Of a stretch of 64,000 bases of DNA, positions 62,328-64,000 are shown piece after piece. Source of the stretch: Squalus acanthias (taxonomy: Eukaryota); contig CM059431.1 in the NCBI GenBank assembly GCA_030390025.1, positions 105,092,001-105,156,000 on the forward strand. Reading direction: 5' to 3'. Every line of letters begins with the position of its first letter. Position 1 is the first letter of the stretch. The notes under the pieces are model-generated. The model searched no databases. It saw only the letters and a list, made by a program, of their open reading frames with translations, and was not told where the DNA came from. The position numbers and the translations under genes were made by a program.

Positions 62328-62619
62328 AAAAAAGCCAGGAGTTTTTGCTATGTGGTACATGTAATGCTGGGAAAGGTGGGACGAAAGTTTTGTTGTATTT
62401 CAGAGGGGAATATGTACCTTTTTTTTAAGGGAAAGCAGTGTAATGTATTGTCACATGGTTTGGTATGAGCATGCTCAATTCGCTTGGCCTAGTAAAGCAA
62501 GCACATTGACTAGCAATTCATCGTGTCTCTGTCCTTCATTTGTTTTACCCACATATGTTACAATAATGGAACATTCTTAATTGTTCATTCCACTTCACCA
62601 GTTCTAGGGGAGGTGGAAC

Positions 62620-64000
62620 CAGTACAGGCCAGACGGGTTGTACCTCAACAGGACCGGAACCAATATCCTCGCGGAGAGGTTTGTTAGTGCTGTTGGGGAG
62701 GGTTTAAACTAATTTTGTAGGGGGATGGGCACCAGGATGTAGCATTAGAAAGGGGAAATAAACTGCTCAAAGGATTGGGAGAGGCAGAGAGCACTAAAGT
62801 AAGAAATAGTAAGTTATTAGGTGGGGTCAAACTAAGAGGGAATACAGGATGGTCTAAGATGAGTTTACAGTGTATGTATGTGAACGCATGAAGCGCAGTA
62901 AACAAGGTAAGTGAGCTGCAGGCACAAATAGCCACATGGGAATATGATGCTGTGGCAATAACTGAGACCTGGCTCAAAAAAGGGCAAGATTGGGAATTAA
63001 ATATTCCTGGTTATAAGGTGTTCAGGAAAGATAGGGAAGGAAAGATAGGAGGTGGTGTGGCAATATTGGTTAAGGAGAATGTTACATTGCTGGAGAGGGA
63101 GGTTGTCCTGGAAGGGTCAAGGACAGAATCTATATGGCTAGAGTTAAGAAATAATAGAGGTGCCATTACACTACTAGGTGTATTCTACAGACCACCAAAT
63201 AGTGGGAAAGATATGGAGGAGCAAATTTGCATAGAAATTACAGAGAGGTGCAAGAACTATAGAGTAGTAATAATGGGAGACTTCAACTATCCCAATATAG
63301 ACTGGGATCATAATAGTGTAAAGGGCAGAGAAGGGGGAAGAATTTCTGAAGTGTGTTCAGGAGAACTTTCTTGATCAGTATGTTTCTGGCCCGATGAGGG
63401 AGGAGGCATTGCTGGATCTGGTTCTGTGGAATGAGGTGGGTCAAGTGGGGCAAGTGTCAGTAGGTGAATGTTTAGGGAACAGTGATCATAGTATCATAAG
63501 GTTTAGATTAGCTATGGAAAAGGACAGGGAGCAATCTAGAGTAAAAATGTTTAACTGGGATGAGAATTTCAGTGGGATGAGAACGGATCTGGCCCAGGTA
63601 AACTGGAATCAAAGATTGGCAGGCAAAACTGTAATGGAACCTGCATTTAAAGAGGCAATAGTTCAGGTACAGTTCACGTACATTCCCACTAGGGGGAAAG
63701 GCAGGGCAACTAAAGTCAGAGCTCCCTGGATGATGAAAAAGAGAGAGAATATGATGAAGCAGAAAAAGAGCGCATATGTCAAATGTCAGGTTGCAAATAC
63801 ATCTGAGAATCAGGCTATATATAGAAAGGTCAGAGGAGAAGTGAAAAAGAAAATTAGAGGGGCAAAAAGAGGGTATGAAAATAGAATGACAGCCAACATA
63901 AAAGATAATCCAAAAGTCTTCTACAGACATATATATAGCAAAAGGGTGGTAAGAGGAGGGCTGGGGCCGATTAGGGATCAAAAAGGAGACCTATGCATTG
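62620..64000 (+). mobile_element. CR1 LINE: end of ORF1 (esterase-like) and ORF2 APE endonuclease, degenerate, runs off the window
   Basis: DGLYLNRTGTNILAERF..GEGLN*; AITETWL, GGGVAILVK, GVFYRPP, IMGDFNYPNIDW, SDH. Confidence 0.92.

Larger units (their letters stand above)
58749..62562 (+). mobile_element. Decayed Ty3/Gypsy LTR retrotransposon, Mag clade
   Basis: Short LTRs 58749-58885 and 62439-62562, PBS tggcgacaaggatggga (tRNA-Ser-like) at 58890, PPT aagggaaagcag, two gag zinc knuckles, RT and RNase H remnants. Confidence 0.9.

Overview
Vertebrate nuclear DNA, almost certainly from an elasmobranch (shark or ray). The evidence is an HE1-type V-SINE with a CR1/HER1 tail, nine SacSINE1-like Deu-domain SINEs, and typical CR1, L2 and Penelope repeats. 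I could not identify any host protein-coding exon, so this looks like a transposon-saturated intergenic region or large intron. Main contents: (1) a near-intact, CpG-rich CsRn1-clade Ty3/Gypsy element (3959-8308, minus) with a tRNA-Trp PBS, whose gag-pol is broken by a single TGA; (2) a decayed Mag-clade Gypsy element (58749-62562) with a tRNA-Ser PBS, deleted integrase and a V-SINE in gag; (3) a 1632-bp TG..CA solo LTR with a 4-bp TSD (31962-33593); (4) Harbinger transposon remnants (Myb/SANT plus transposase) and many Harbinger-type MITEs; (5) Penelope-like insertions carrying minimal hammerhead-ribozyme motifs, two of them ~200-bp fold-back units; (6) a Tigger/pogo-like MITE carrying a 29-bp minisatellite, duplicated into a neighbouring MITE where the array is about 3 times longer; (7) many nested CR1, L2, RTE and SINE fragments. 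Family names come from recalled motifs, not database searches. Boundaries without a stated TSD are approximate.
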